Assembly: GCF_009914755.1 (NCBI RefSeq)
Contig: NC_060926.1
Direction: 5' to 3' (one strand)
DNA length: 64,000 bases
From: the human T2T-CHM13v2.0 reference genome, Homo sapiens
Part shown: positions 29,170 to 49,987 of the stretch, in pieces
Layout: each line of letters begins with the position of its first letter
Position numbering within the stretch: the first letter of the stretch is position 1
Translations under genes and position numbers: made by a program
The notes under the pieces: generated by a model
What the model was told of the DNA's origin: nothing
Database searches by the model: none
Seen by the model: the letters and a program-made list of their open reading frames with translations, nothing else

Positions 29170-29500
29170 TGTCCCTGCAAAATTCCAATCCACAAAGCAA
29201 TAACGAGCAACTTGAGATTTATTTATAAATATTTTATCATTCTGAAAAATTTGAAACAATCTAAATACTCATCAATACAGGATCCATTAGATAAACTCAG
29301 GTACATTTGAATGAAGTAGTACACGGTCATTAAAAATAAGGATCTGTATTTATTGACATGAAAGGATTTTGTGACATATTGTTAAGTAAAAGGAAAGCAA
29401 ATTAGAAAATGTTATTTACAGAATAAGCATAAGGAAAAAAAGAATAGATGGCTATGTAACAAAAATGCTAACTGTGGCCATCTCTGGAGAGTGGGACTTG
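29170..29500 (+). mobile_element. L1ME 3' fragment
   Basis: AAAAATTTGAAACAATCTAAATACTCATCAATA..TGACATATTGTTAAGTAAAA motifs. Confidence 0.6.
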
Positions 29501-29505
29501 TAGGT

Positions 29506-29611
29506 GGGGTGACCATACATCCTGGTCTGCCAGGTATAGTCTAATTTTAAGAACACTCTGGTTCATTCTGCAAAGTGTTCCTGTTTGTGTGATAAATTAT
29601 ATGGTCACCTT
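29506..29611. mobile_element. MER94-type hAT MITE
   Basis: TIRs GGGTGACCATA ... TATGGTCACCT. Confidence 0.75.
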
Positions 29612-29677
29612 AGCTATTGGTAGTTTTACTTTATTCTTGTATTTTTACATTTTAGCATGTTTTCTTTTTAAAATCAA

Positions 29678-29784
29678 TTAGGTAGGCATAAAAGTAATTG
29701 CGGTTTTCGCCATTACTTTTCATCTGCTGTCCAATGTTCTACCTCCGAGCTCTACCCCCTCCTTTTGCCATTACTTTTAATAGC
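29678..29784. mobile_element. MADE1 fragment with a 42-bp internal insertion
   Basis: TTAGGTAGGCATAAAAGTAATTGCGGTTTTCGCCATTACTTTT [insert] TTTTGCCATTACTTTTAATAGC. Confidence 0.75.
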
Positions 29785-30576
29785 TATTTTCATTTTTGAG
29801 GGGAGAGCACTTTATCATTTTCATTTCTCAGTCATTTAAATGGACTGTCTTCCAGGTTAATCCAAAGTATGTGTTTTGGCTAAATTCCATGGTGTCTTCT
29901 AAACACCAGGCACTGTGCTAGGTGCAGGGGATACAAGAATAAATTCAGCAGTCCCCGTTCTCCACAGCTGGAGGAGTAAGCACCATAGACCACCACGTGC
30001 CAGACTAATCACTACATGAATTATCTCATTTGACCCTCACGACAACTCTATGAGGTGAGCACTATCATTATTTCCTTTCTATAAGTAACTATTAAAGAGG
30101 TTACACTACTTGCTCAAGGTTGCATAGCCAGAATTTAAATCCAAGCTGTCCGCTCATGTCTTAATTTGAGCATGCTGCCAGGGGGTGTAGACAGTGGGGA
30201 GTAATAGGTAAATGCAATACCTATTGTATTGTATCACAGAAAGTCCTATGATAAAAGTAGGCAATGAGTGCTATGAGATCACCCAGGCTGGACAGGTCAC
30301 CCAGCCCAGGAAGGCAGAAGTTGGGGCTCTTGAAGGATGAGCAGAATGAGGATGTAGAGAGTGTGAGTTGGGGGAATGTGCCAGACGGAGGCAATAGAAC
30401 GATATTGTTGGAGTCTTCAGGGAGTGGCAGGTAATAGGCGTTGGCAACCTGTAAAGTGCAAAGGGGGAACAGGGATACCAGGCTGGCCCATGGAGGGTTT
30501 GATGTGCCCACTAGGGAGTCTCGCCTGTGCCCGGGAGACAATGGGCCACTGGCAAAGAATGCCAGAGAGGGTCCTT

Positions 30577-30731
30577 CTTTTTTTTTAATTTTCAATTTTT
30601 TTTTTAATTTGTCATTGAGACAGGGTCTTGCCATGTTGCCCAGGCTGGTCTTGAATTCCTGGGCCCAAGCAATCCTCCTGACTCAGCCTCCCCAAGTGCT
30701 AGGATTACAGGTGTGAGCCACCACATCCAAC
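30577..30731 (-). mobile_element. Alu monomer (FLAM-like)
   Basis: Single left-arm-type monomer with T tail. Confidence 0.85.
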
Positions 30732-30824
30732 CCTAAACAGGGCCCTTCTACAGCTGATGGTGGAGTCCATATGAAGGAACACTAGAGTGGCTGGACAGAT
30801 CAGGGAGCCCCTACCACATAATCA

Positions 30825-31000
30825 TAGGAGGATTTACTGTGACAATTCTGCAGCTGAAGTTTCAGGGACCACCACCAGTAGAGGCCCCTTCCAGGGTTTA
30901 TTTCTAATTTTGTATCCATAGTTCTGTAGCCTTTCTCTTATAAGCCCCCCTCCCAAAACTGGTTAAGCTTCAGGCCCCCCAAATCTAGATCTGCCCCCTG
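30825..31000. mobile_element. MER53-type hAT MITE (a degraded copy also lies near 5601-5710)
   Basis: GGATTTACTGTG..GGCCCCTTCCA..AAGCTTCAGGCCCC..GATCTGCCCCCTG. Confidence 0.65.
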
Positions 31001-33044
31001 TGAATAGTAATTGTTTTCTTGTGCCAGCTTCCAATTCCCAGCACTGTAGTAAAATTCATCTTCTTTAAATTCCTCTTTTGACTTTAGTTTCTCTTCCTCT
31101 TTTTTTTAAATAAATACCTTGTTTTTCTTAATATCCTAATCTATTCTTATCTTCTTGTTTTCATTTTGCCACCTAGTTACATTTGTTACTGTCAAACTTC
31201 TGCTGCTTTTCATACCATTTCTCTCTCTCTGCTGCACCTCATAATATTTTAAAGTGTAAATAACAACAGAGTCTGGTGAAATGGAAATAGAATAATGCTG
31301 TACAGACCCCATCCATCATGGAGCAGAGCCTTCTGCTGGCAAAGACTTCCCCTGCATGGCCCCCCTACCCCTATTGCTAAACCTCTGACCATCTTCTCCT
31401 CTCTCTGGGGTTCTCCCTTCCCCCTTACCTTCTGTCTCCAAATTTTCTGCTAATTTACCTTCCTTTTTTGCTAATTTACCTTACCACTCTTTTGTCTAGC
31501 CTCTGACAGGCCTGAGGTCACAGCCCCAGGTCTTTCCTTCAAAGTCAAGCTTTGTCTTCTCAATGTGATGCCCGCTAGGCACTAGCAAATAGGGTGATTA
31601 CAACAGGGTCCCCAAAACATGGGGCCTTTGGAGAGTACCATGCGATGGGTGTTGAAGAAGGAAGCAGAAGGGGGCAATCACTATGCGATATGCAGATGTG
31701 AGTCAATATGCAGATCTTGCCCCCGAAATCTGCTGCTCAAGCCGACCCTGTTGCTCATCCTCATTGTTGGAGGACACCAGTTCCGTTACTGTCTGTGTCC
31801 TTCCCACCCTCCCCAGACCCATACTTTCAGAGCCTTCTGGAAGCATCCTGACTTAAATATTTAACACCTATGACCATGCATCCAACTATGCAACCAATTA
31901 GGCATCCTCATCAGCAGATTAGTGAATGAGGTCACCTAACCCATATTTCAGAACATGAACCCCTTGAGGGCAGTAGCTGGTTAGTCCTCTTGGCTCTCTA
32001 GTACTGCCTCGCCTGGAACTCAGTAAGTATTTGTTGTATAAATGAAAATCCCCCAAGGAGATAACATGACCTCCAAATGTGCCTTTCACCTTCCTGGCTC
32101 ACACATGTTGCCCACTTCCTGGATGGTCCTTCCATCTCCCTCTCCCTCTCCATCTCAGCCTTGCACAATGTGCCTTCCTGCTTCCACTGCTCTCTGCTCT
32201 CACCAGCTGAAAAAGCAGGGCCAAGAGTGGGAGAGACATGCACAGCATCGCCTAAGTAACAAGTTCTAGGCCACTGAGTCTCCCAGCAGGGTCAAACACG
32301 CTTCCATTTCTGAGCGCATTTTTCACCCTCCCAAGTCAAAGCAGCCAAATAAATGGCCACAGGCCCATACTGAGAATGTCAGATCCGTCAATAGCAATTA
32401 AGGGTCTCGCTTAAAAACCGGAAGGTTGGTCCACAGAACTGGCAGGATTCTTGCACGGGCTACTGAAGATCAATGTCAGCACATGTATCATGATGCCACA
32501 TTGGTTGTAGTTAGAAAGATGTGTAAGCAGGGAGGTCTTGGGTCTCGCCCAGGAAAAGTCAGTGGCTAGGCTTTCAAGAGACCTCAGGGCTTGGATTGGC
32601 CTTGATGAATATATCACTGTCGAACATCAGATCTTCAACCTTGCAGTATCTGAAATGGACTTGCTCAACAAACCCAGAGATGATCAGACTTTCAATGGTA
32701 AACTCCAGCTAACTAAACTCACAAAAGACTGAAATATAAATCAGAATACCAGTTTGTTCTTTTTACATGGGTTATTTCTTTCCAGAAGCCAGAAAGTTTC
32801 AATTTCCCAACCCAAGCTCCACCCTTTTCCTGTGTCATGCTGAACTAATAATCTGAAGATTTCTTGGTGCAATAGAAGCAGAGCACAGGGAAATGGAAGG
32901 TCTTGAGCCTTATTTTGTCCTCAGCAGAAAATCCTTCTCAAGGGAAAAGAAGCCCCATCTTACTCTTCTCTACAGATACTAATTGACCAAGTTTTCTGGA
33001 TTCATTTTTTCAGTGATGACCTCCTCCACTACCTACACATTCCT

Positions 33045-33990
33045 TTTTCTTTTTTGTAACAGCTTGATGGAGCTGTAAGTCACATACCATATACTTCACC
33101 TATTTAAAGTATACAATTCAATACTTTTCAGTATATTTGCAGAGTTGTGCAGCTACCAGCACAATAAATTTTCAAACATTTTCATCACCTCAAAAAGAAA
33201 CCCTGTGCCCTTTAGCTATCACCCCCAACTTTTTCCATCCACCTCCTCCCCCACCCCTAACCAACCAGTGATCTACTTTCTGCCCCTATCTATTTGCCTA
33301 TTCAGGACATTTCATATAAATGCAGTCATATAATATGTGGTCTCTGTGCCTGGCTTCTTTCACTTAACACACTATTTTCAAGGTTCATCCATGTTGTAGC
33401 CTGAATCAGGATTTCATTCCTTTCTATAGCCGAATAATATTCCATTCTATATATATGCCGCATTTTGCTTATCCATTCATCAGTTGATAGAAATTTGGGT
33501 TGTTTCCACCTTTTACTTTTGGCTATTATGAATAATGCTGCTATACACATTCAGGTACAAGTTTTACATGGACATATGCTTTTATCTCTCAAGTATACTT
33601 CTAGGAGTAAAATTGCTGGGTCACATGGCAACTTTATGTTTAACTTTTTGAGGAACTGCCAAACTGTTTTCCAAAGTAGTTGCACCATTTTACATTCCTA
33701 CCAGCAATGTATGCGGTTCTGATTTCTCCACATCCTTGTCAACACTTGATATTATCTAACTCTCTGATTATAGCCATACTGGGTATAAAATGCTCTCTCA
33801 TGGTTTTGATTTTCATTTCCCTGATTTTGAGCATCTTTTCATGTGCTTATTGGCCATTTGTACATCTTTGAAGAAATGTCGATTCTGATCATTTTTTAAC
33901 TGGGTTATTTTCTTTTTATTATTGAGTTGTGATAGTTCTTTATATGCTCTAAATACAAGCCACTTATCAGATATATATTATTTTTCACAT
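33045..33990 (-). mobile_element. L1MB 3' region
   Basis: CACATACCATATACTTCACCTATTTAAAGTATACAATTCA..GGAACTGCCAAACTGTTTTCCAAAG; translation has L1 ORF2 C-terminal-like words ([14 protein letters not shown]). Confidence 0.9.
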
Positions 33991-34144
33991 GTGTTAATGG
34001 CACCGGATAACATATTAAGGCATTGTCTCCTCCCCCTTACCTGTATATTCTTGGTTTAAAACTCAAGTGTTTTTAGACTTTAATATTTCTGGCATTGAAC
34101 TAAGTTTGTAAACAGTGTGTATGTGTTTCCTGCTCCTCCATACC

Positions 34145-35075
<931 letters not shown>

Positions 35076-35816
35076 TTAATGCTTTTCTTTGGCAAGCACG
35101 AGGAAGCTCCTAACTTAGGTGGCCCACTACCAAGGGTTCACCAAAGAGATCAGTGGCCCTTATCGTCCTAACTGACCAGAAATCAAACCACACGGAGTTA
35201 GCAAGTGACTACAGGATATAGGCTTTTTTCAGCATCTTCTTCTGCACTGGAAGAAGACGGAGGGTGCTCTCTGTAAACTCAAGGACAGATCTGCCAGGCC
35301 ACATTAAAGAGCCATTTTTATAGCACAACTTGGACTTTTATCTTGTTAAGAGTCTTCTGGAAGTAGGTAATAAAACCCCCAGCCCCAACCTGGCTCAGAC
35401 AGAAAAGGATGGGATAGCTATAACCATACAGAGATGCTGCCGAAACACCTGACCACTAGCCCCTGTGAGGCCTCAGCAATCCTCAGGACAGGGTGACCAG
35501 TCTCTATCTTACACTCATAGCCAGGGAGATAGGTCTTCCCATGGGTCAGTAATCATAAGTAATGTTTATTATTTATGATTAAATAACTTGCCCAAGGTCA
35601 CATAGCTAGGAATTGATGGAGTCAGGACTCAAACCCAAGCATTTTGGCTTCAAAGCCCACACTCTTCACCACTGGCCTTTATTATACTTTGTTCCAGGGT
35701 TACAAACTAAGTGCATGAACTACACAACTGCCTAAAAATGCACATGAAGAGGGACTGAGTTGGAATTATAAATGAATTTATATTAGTCCTCATTTTAGAT
35801 TCTTAAATCTGAGCAG

Positions 35817-36227
<411 letters not shown>

Positions 36228-37029
36228 TCAGGGGCATCTGAGAGGTCAAAAGTTACTTCATAATAATACTAAGACATTATTTGGCTTTTTCACTCTGATG
36301 ACATTTTCACTAATGGTATGAAAACAATGGTGAACAAAATGGCTCATACTTTAGCATGAATCAAAGCAATGGCACCAAACCGTACCAGTGGTCATCATAC
36401 TCTTTATTACATAGGAGCAGTTAAGAAGAAAACAGCCAGTGTCCCTGAAGAATGTCCTTGATGAAGCAATAAAATTTTTTAATTGTATTAAATCTCAACC
36501 CTTGAGTTAACATTTAGTAGGACAAAATGGGGAGAATACATAGATCATCTGCCGTGTTCCAGGACAAAGATCCTGAGTGAAAGTACTTGTGCAGTTGTTG
36601 AGTTGAAAGCCGAACCAGCCATTTTTTTCAGGCAACTTTATTTTTATGTGAAAGAACAACTGACAGTCATTCTTCAGACTAGGGTATGAGGCAGAGATTT
36701 TCTCCAAAATAACTAAGTGGACCTGTTCCCTCAAGAAAACAATGGACAGTATTTGTTGCCAATGATAAAACTCAAGCTTTCAAATAAAATCTTGAAGTCT
36801 GGAAAAGTTGTCCTTGCCGTAATGAGCTTAACAGCTTCCCAATACTTAGCAACTTTCTGGAGAAGGTTTGTGGTGATAGTAACAAATGTGATTTTTAAAT
36901 ATTTTATATTTGGTATTGTATATATGCTATTGTATAATGGAATGTGTCCACAATTCCAATATTTGCATAACTCCATGAATTAATATTTTCCAAATGATGA
37001 ACACATAATATTATAAAATCATGAATGGG

Positions 37030-37644
<615 letters not shown>

Positions 37645-37832
37645 GTCATGAATGAGTGAAAGATCCATTCAAAGTGTAGGATAGGCTGATGGGTTTCATG
37701 GAACAGAGACTGAAAAGTTCATTGATAACATTTCATATTCCACATTCTATAACTTTATTAAATTTTGATGTAGTATCAAATAAGTGCACCCACAATTACA
37801 CAAAAAAACTATTTGAATTCTTCCTTTCCCAA

Positions 37833-38672
<840 letters not shown>

Positions 38673-38943
38673 ACATCGTGTTTTTTTAAAAATTAATTAA
38701 CATTTTTATGTATCCTTTATTGTGTCTAATATGATAAATAACAATGGAATAATTCACATAGATTAAAGCTTCTTTGAGTCTTCAATAATCTTTAAGAGTC
38801 CTGAGAACAAAAAGTTTGAGAACTCCTGATCTAGTTCAACATTTACCAAGAGTATTCTGGAAGTTAATGTTTTCTTTCCAAAAAAGGATTCTAAAGCCAA
38901 AATAAGTTTGAAAATTCCTTTGTTTAAAAAAATGTTATATATA

Positions 38944-39316
<373 letters not shown>

Positions 39317-39335
39317 TGAAGAAGAAGAAAAATGT

Positions 39336-39368
<33 letters not shown>

Positions 39369-39546
39369 TCTATATACACACACACGCAACTGCACTTATT
39401 TGCTTCAAGACTCTGAGCCTATTATGTGCTAATGGACATTGTGATGCCCTACTGCGAGATGATGGCATGTAGATTTCCCCAAATGTACCTGACCTTTAGT
39501 TCTTCATTCATGGAATACCTATTAACATTTTAAAGACTAGTTTTTC

Positions 39547-40604
<1,058 letters not shown>

Positions 40605-40889
40605 TTATTTTCACCATCCAGGGCTTCTAATCTGTTACCTTTGAGAGATAATCCTATAAAATGCGGCAGAATGTAGATTCCAAAACCTGCAGAGATTACA
40701 TTTTATGGGAGGGGAATTATCTCTGTGATCCAATTAACACAGCAAGCGACAGGGGAAAAACATAGGCTTTAGATTAGTGTTGGGGGGAGGAATCAGGACA
40801 TTCTGCAAGTTAATTCATATTAACAGGTTCAAAAACCTCTGAAGTACATTTATAATTTCCTAAATCCTAATCATTAATCTGCATTGTGA

Positions 40890-41370
<481 letters not shown>

Positions 41371-42884
41371 TGAATCAGGTTAAACACACATCCAGATAAT
41401 CAAATCAACATTTGGCAGGTGATTCCCAAATTCCTAGGTGTGGGAATTTATTTATGTCATATAGATTAGCTAAATAAACCTTCCCCTCTCAGTGGGTCAC
41501 TTTTGTCATCTGTTGAGCCAAAATGAAATGGTCACTATCAAATTCCCTTTACAATCTTCCCAGGTCTCCAGGCAACTTCCTGTCCAAGTTCATGGTCGTA
41601 GCTGCTGAGAATCAAGGTGTCCATCAGACGGTTACTCTGCCTTCCCTTTCAGTATCTCCTATGCTAATATGATCAATAATTATGCAGAGGGCAATAATAT
41701 TAAACTGCTTTTACCCCCTGAAGGAAATGCTTATGTGCTCAGGATTGCCTGCATTTTCTGAGTATATTCCAAAATCTCTGAAGATTTTATTCATGCAAGT
41801 TAAGTGTGACCTTCAACTAAACTCAAATCTATAATTTAAAGTGGCCTCTTTGACTCAAAATCCTCTCCATTTCAATGCCAAATGGATCATCAGCTGCTCT
41901 CCAAGTAATACTCGCTCCAGAGGAAGGTTCCAGCTACTGATCGACACACATTTTTGCATTTCTACTCACAGACTTAAGTTCTGCTCTCCAATATGTGACT
42001 GTAGCTTAATTGACGGAGGAATGCAAAAAGAGATTTGGAGGCGTCTGACTACTGTCGACTCACTGACTTCCCTCAGAGAATTCTTTCACTTGTCTTTTAA
42101 ATTTTCCTTTCTTGTCAAAATTGCAGGTGCAGATAAATGCTGGAATCTTATTTCAATCAGAAAGTGCCAAGAACAAGAAAAGATGGAGAATCTTGATTGT
42201 CGTTGAGGACAGAGCCTCAAACAGCTGGAGGCCTTCCATTCTCTTTTAGCTTCCATCCATCTAAGAAAAAAAATGCACCAAGGATTTCACTCAATTTGTG
42301 CAGAAATATGAGGAAATTCACACTGAAATGAAGAACTGCATTCCCAAAATAGCGTTAACCTAGAACAGCACAGCACTGATGGGGGAATAAGAGACCTTGG
42401 ATGTGGTGGGTCCAACCTTTGGTAAAAGGTCCAGGGGATGCCCCAGAAGGGATTCCTGTGTGACAGTTAGCTGATGATACATTGGCCTTTCCTTTCAGGG
42501 AAGCTTAGAGCCAGCTTAGGGATTCTCACCTCAGCCAGATTTTCTTTCTCCAGACAAATGTGTATTTCAGACAACTTCTAAGTAAATCTGGAAATGATTA
42601 TGAAAAAGGAAAAATAAAATCCAACAAAAGCCTCTGACTTAGTTATCATTCAGAGTCTGTCCTCCAGGGTGGGTCTAACGATTTGTCCCAGGGTCCACCA
42701 CAGAGCCTGCCCATGGACTTGCTGTGGTGGGTGTTTTAGGGATTTGAAAGGTTCTGTTTCCATGCTGTCTCCCAACTACTCTGGACCCAGGTCCTCAGCA
42801 TCAGGGACTGTGTTTGATGGCTTATATATCTCCAGCCTCTGGCCCAACTGCTGGCATATAGTAGATGCTCAATAATGAACTGAA

Positions 42885-43589
<705 letters not shown>

Positions 43590-43632
43590 CTAATTTCCCC
43601 TCTTTCCCAGCTTTAGATATACTCTTAGGCAT

Positions 43633-44405
<773 letters not shown>

Positions 44406-44869
44406 GGCTCAGACCTTACCTGGCTCCCATTCAGACCTGGCAGAGTCTACTGTGCCCCCCACTGACTTGACAAGCCTAGTGTCAGACCTGAGGTCCACAA
44501 ACAGCTCCAGAAAGCCCCAGAAGCAAGTAGCAGAAGGCCACTCCAATCTTGCCGCCAGGCCACACCGTGCTCACAGCAGGTCCCCATGCAGGACGTGCTT
44601 TGCTGCCCTCTGCTGGCCACGTCCCACTTCCCACAGTCCCCAGGCATTGGCCTCTCCTGCTGCACCCCAGGAGCTGTTCTCGCACTTTTCCTCTGCTTCC
44701 CTCTTCCCTCTTGATAGCAGTGTTTTTAAGAGAGAAGGTGGCAAGGAAAAGGGAGACTGCATCTTTTCAAAGGGAAAATGTGTTCTGGAAGAAGCAGTTT
44801 CTTTTTTAGATCATTATATATTTACTTCAAAAACGTAAAGGTATCCTGTAGTGTTCTTCACACTTCATT

Positions 44870-45220
44870 CATGACTTGTATCCTGTGGGGCATTCGTTAA
44901 ATATACAAATTACCAGGCTTCTCTGCTGCAAATTCTGGGTCAGTAGGTAACAGTTGCAAGCCCAGGAATCTGTGTGTAACAAGCTCCACATTCTTGTCTC
45001 CCCTCCCCGGAGGAAGTTTGAGAAATACAGCTAGGAAGCTGTGCATCTTGAATGTGGAGATGCTCAACTGGACACCTGGGACCTTGTTAAATCCTGATTC
45101 TGATCCAGTAGGTCCAAGTTGAGGCCTGATAGCCCACACCTGTAACAGGCTTCCAGCTACTGCTGCTGCTGGTGTTGCTGCTACTGCTGCCTAGGGCCAC
45201 CCTTTGAGTAGCAGGGTTGT
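44870..45220. mobile_element. two MER5A-type MITEs
   Basis: GATTCTGATCCAGTAGGTC..GGGCCACCCTTTGAGTAGCAGG. Confidence 0.65.
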
Positions 45221-45908
45221 AGTTATTCGGGGTCCACACCCTCAGCTGTAGCCTTAACTAAGCACACCCTTGCTATTTAGAATCACTAAGCACTCTTGCT
45301 GCCCACCACTCCCGCCAAGGCTGCTCTAAAGAGCAAATTCGAATGATTTCTTTTGTCTGGAAAAGCAAGGATGCCCCCTTTTGACAGCTCAAAATATTTT
45401 CTGTAAAATGCCTGGAGAGGAATAGTAGATGTATTTTCTCCCAAAACAATGTTTTTTAAATCATTATTGGTAAGAAAGAATTCATTTCTCTAATAAACTG
45501 TGTAGCCCTGTGTGTTGAAACCATGTAGAGACCCTGGCCATTTACATTACAAATATGATAGGGAGTGACTGAGTGCCACTATCTAAGAGGGTGACCTCTG
45601 AAGATCGTCCTGAAGATGAACCACGCAGGGAGAGCTGGGGCTTGGGAAGTGAGAAGTTGCCTTTGAGACCTGTCCGTGGTGTCCAATCTTTAAACTCAAG
45701 CTTCTGTCTTTAATTTCCTAACCCTTTCCTGCACTGGTTTCCAGCAAACATTTTTACCTGCTGTCAGATCGAACAGTCCTGCTGGCTCAGGTTGTCACTG
45801 CTCCTAGCTGTGCCCTGTGATTCTCTGGAAGTTTGTGGGTAGAGACAGTGGATGGGGAGGGACTCTATTCTATCAGCTTTGGTTAAACTCTGCATTTGAA
45901 ACTTTCTC

Positions 45909-46236
45909 TTTTTATTTTTTTATTTATTTTTATTTTATTTATTTATTTTTTTTTGAGGTGGAGCCTCGCTCTTTCACCCAGGCCGGACTGCAGTGGCGCG
46001 ATCTCGGCTCACTGCAAGCTCCGCCTCCCGGGTTCACGCCATTCTCCTGCCTCAACCCCCCCGAGTAACTGGGACTACAGGCGCCCGCTACCGCGCCCGG
46101 CTAATTTTTTTGTATTTTTAGTAGAGACGGGGTTTCACCATGTTAGCCAGGATGGTCTCGGTCTCCTGACCTCATGATCCGCCCGCCTCGGCCTCCCAAA
46201 GTGCTAGGATTACAGGCGTGAGCCACCACACCCGGC
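45909..46236 (-). mobile_element. AluY (CpG-rich, young)
   Basis: CACTGCAAGCTCCGCCTCCCGGGTTCACGCCATTCTCC diagnostic; TSD TTTCTCTTTTTA. Confidence 0.95.
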
Positions 46237-48264
46237 CTTTCTCTTTTTAAAGATGAACTTTGGATTTACCCAAGGTTATGCCTTAATTTCCCAAGACATC
46301 ATGAGACTGCACCATAAACTGTGCAATTTCCAGACACCGATGAAATTGCATTCATGAAACAGAGCCCTTTGGCAGGGGGAATCTTAAATGATCAAAATGT
46401 AACATACGTGCGCTAGTGGATAAAAATTATCTGACCATTCTGTTTCTGGCTTAATTTCCAAGAGCTCAGAATATGAGTCTAACTTCTATCTACACAGCTT
46501 ACATGATGGCAGATTGGTGCTGACGGAGTTGTTTGTTTTCTTTTGTCTTGTTTGAAGGCCAAGGATATAATACATTTTTACAGTTAATACCTTCCCATCC
46601 TCACCCCTGAATTTTCAAAATACTCCTTCGATAGTTAGCTATATAGCTGCCATTAAAGTCAAATTTCCTTAGATGAGGAAGTCACTGAATGCCTAATTAC
46701 ACATGCAATGCTGGAAAAAACATTAAGACTGCATTTACATTGCCAGCTTTCTTTTCCCATTACACAACAGAAGATTTATCCTTTCATCTTGTACATGAGC
46801 GTTGCTCTTGCAAGCTTGTGATTCCATGTAACATATATTAGTATATCATTCACTATTAGCACCAACCTTGACAATCTGGAAGTTATGCCTCTCTCAATGT
46901 TATATATAGTCTTTCTTCTGAGCTAGAAACAAACCAAACCAAAAATAATCACCAAATCCCACATCCTGGCTGTCACTTACCCAGACAGAGTGACATTGCA
47001 ACATCCCAGGGCCCCACAGATCTCTTGTGAGCTGTGTGGATTCTTGCCATGGGCTGCACCCACATAACTATCAAATGCAGTTCACTGGCAGAAAGCCCAT
47101 TTAAACCTTTATCCAGTGGTATGCTCGGGGTTTTTTCTGGACAGGTTTCTTCTGCCTGTGGAAATAAGTGAGTGCTCCGTGATCAGTCACTATGCAAGGA
47201 TCAATCTAGGTCCTGCTGAAAGTGACCCAGGAACACGTGTAATGAATGTGTATGTACATCTGACTATGTTAATTTTCAAACGCTTAGACTTTGAAACATC
47301 CATGCAGTTTGAACAGAAGCAAAGCCCAATACCTACATTCTCAAACTCCAAGGTCAGAAAGTAACTAAAGAAAAACTGCAACCTTGAATTGGGCTGCTGC
47401 CAAGGCCTCAGGTGTGTGGGTGTCACCTGGTTTTCCCAGATGTCAACAGAGAGACAGGATTTGATAGATAGATAACTTAGTCCGCAACTCTTGGGAACTG
47501 CTACTGCAGTGCTTGGACTGCCTACCAATTCACATTGCTAGCAGGTTCCCAATAAACGCAGCTGACAGACTGTTGAGCTGTGAGGCAGGTCTACTGGGGG
47601 AACAATTTGCTGAGTGGCCCAGCAAACGTCATCATGTCACACGGAGCCTCAACAACTCATTTGGGGAGTGATCCAACTTCCAACTCTGTGCCTCCCGCGA
47701 TTCTGCCAGGAGAAACCAAGTCATGACAATTCAGTGCCCTGAGCACTGGCATGAGAGGTCTGGGGCTGCAGACTGGGGCCTGAGAGTTCTCTGCTTCTCA
47801 TAGCTGCTGTCACACATGGCCCCAGCTTTCACTTCCCAGGCTCCTCATGCGAGTCCTATGATTGTAAGAGTGGGAGTAAGAGCTGAAACCCCAGGAGAGT
47901 CTTCCTGGGATTCAAAGAGTAGGATGAAACCTCCTGTTGGGTGGCACCAGCCAGCACTGTCTCCTTAGAGCCTGGGCATCAGCTCATAGCCCCATTACAA
48001 GGAGAGATGCCCCAGAGACAGATTCACTAAGTCTCTGGGGTTCTTCTCAGGCCTGGGGCTGTGCCTCCCTAGAGTGACATTCATGACCCCTGCCCAGAAA
48101 GCCAATTTGAGGACCGCTATGTCACAAGAGTGACAAAGGCAAAGAACATATCAATATTTTTGTGCAAATACAGTTGTTTCAACCTCCTGGACCTCCTGAA
48201 AAGGTCTTAGGAACTCCCAGAGGTCTGTGGACCACACTTGGACAATCCCTGACCTGTCTCATGA

Positions 48265-48564
<300 letters not shown>

Positions 48565-49654
48565 ATGATTCTGCTTTTATCACCTTGTCTCGTGTATTTG
48601 TTTGTCTACTTGGCATCCCCGCCACCTGGCTATAAGCCCTATAAAAGCAATCACTTGGCCTTTTTCTCCCTTGTAACCACAGTTTCAGGAGTGAAAAAGA
48701 ATGCTTGGAACATATATGTGCATAGTAAGTGTTTGTTACATGAATGAGTAAATGACTGGGGTAATGTAGCAAAATAGACCCTCCCAGGACCAGTGCCAGG
48801 ATTTCTGTGATCACACAGGTAGAACACATTACATAGCACCTGCAGGGTACATGGTCTGCACTCAATACGTGTACTCTCCATCTTGGCTGAGAAGTTGTTT
48901 GCTGATGGACTGAATCCTCCCCGTCCTGACAGCCTTCATTGGCCAGGTCATGGCTAGGGATCTGGGTTCTTGCAGCCCCTTCTCAAGGAAAGATCCCAGA
49001 GAAATCCTGGCTGCTCCTCAAGCACAAGTACACCCCCGATATAGGAGTGTGGCAGAAATTCCTCCTTCCCGCAGCTGGTGTCTCTCCAAACTCAACCAAT
49101 GTCCAAGTCCCCCAGTGCTGACTGCAGTTGGCTCGAGTCAACGGCTGCTTAATCTGAATCTCAGTGTGAAGCCAAGAAGAGAATTAGTAGAGCCAGAAGA
49201 TGAAGTCATTATGGTCTGGTCTTATACAAACTTTTTCAAAAGTCAGTTTTATGGGCTCTTTCCTGATTGGCATGTCCTTCCCAGTCTACACACATTTTCC
49301 CGACAGAATGTCCCTCTGCACTCCCTAAATCTACAATACAGGCAGGTCACCCTTCCTCTGTCTTACCCGCTCTGGCCAATTCACATCAGACAATGGTAAA
49401 AATAAAATAAAATACAGGGAGGACATGTACTCTGACCACAGAGCTCTCTTAGTCAGCAGGTGTGAGTTTCGCTTTATAAACTCAGGATACAAAAAAAATG
49501 CCACATTGATTTTCTAGGCACTCATCCTGTCTGGTGGGATATTCAGCACCAGGTGTCATGATGACACCTTTTCCTTGGCAATGGCCACGGTGGTCATTAC
49601 TTGGAGGAGCCTTCTCCAGGGGAATGAAGACCTCAAGGAAGCAGGGAGCTATCT

Positions 49655-49987
49655 TGTTTGTTTCTTTTCTTTTCTTTTCTTTTCTTTTCCTTTCTTTTCG
49701 TTTTTGAGACAGAGTCTCGCTCTGTCACCCAGGATGGAGCGCAGTGGTGCAATCTCAGCTCACTGCAACCTCCGCCTCCTGGGTTCAAGTGATTCTCCTG
49801 CCTCAGCCTCCCTAGTAGCTGGGATTACAGGCACCCGCCACCAAGCTTGGCTAATTTTTGTATTTTTAGTAGAGACGGGGTTTCACCATGTTGGCCAGGC
49901 TGATCTCGAACTCCTGACCTCAAGTGATCCAGCTGCTTCCGCCTCCCAAACTGCTGGGATTACAGGCGTGAGCCACTGCCCTCGGCC
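49655..49987 (-). mobile_element. AluS
   Basis: TSD GAAGCAGG(G/C)AGCTATCT. Confidence 0.95.

Noticed and set aside
36445-37010. hAT transposase-like peptide fragments
   Set aside because: Stops, frameshifts and Alu insertions; a dead Charlie1a, not a domesticated gene
45157-45192. CTG-rich run resembling a triplet-expansion locus
   Set aside because: Short, interrupted and inside a MER5A
49542-49550. REST/NRSE left half TTCAGCACC
   Set aside because: No GGACAG right half at canonical or nearby spacing
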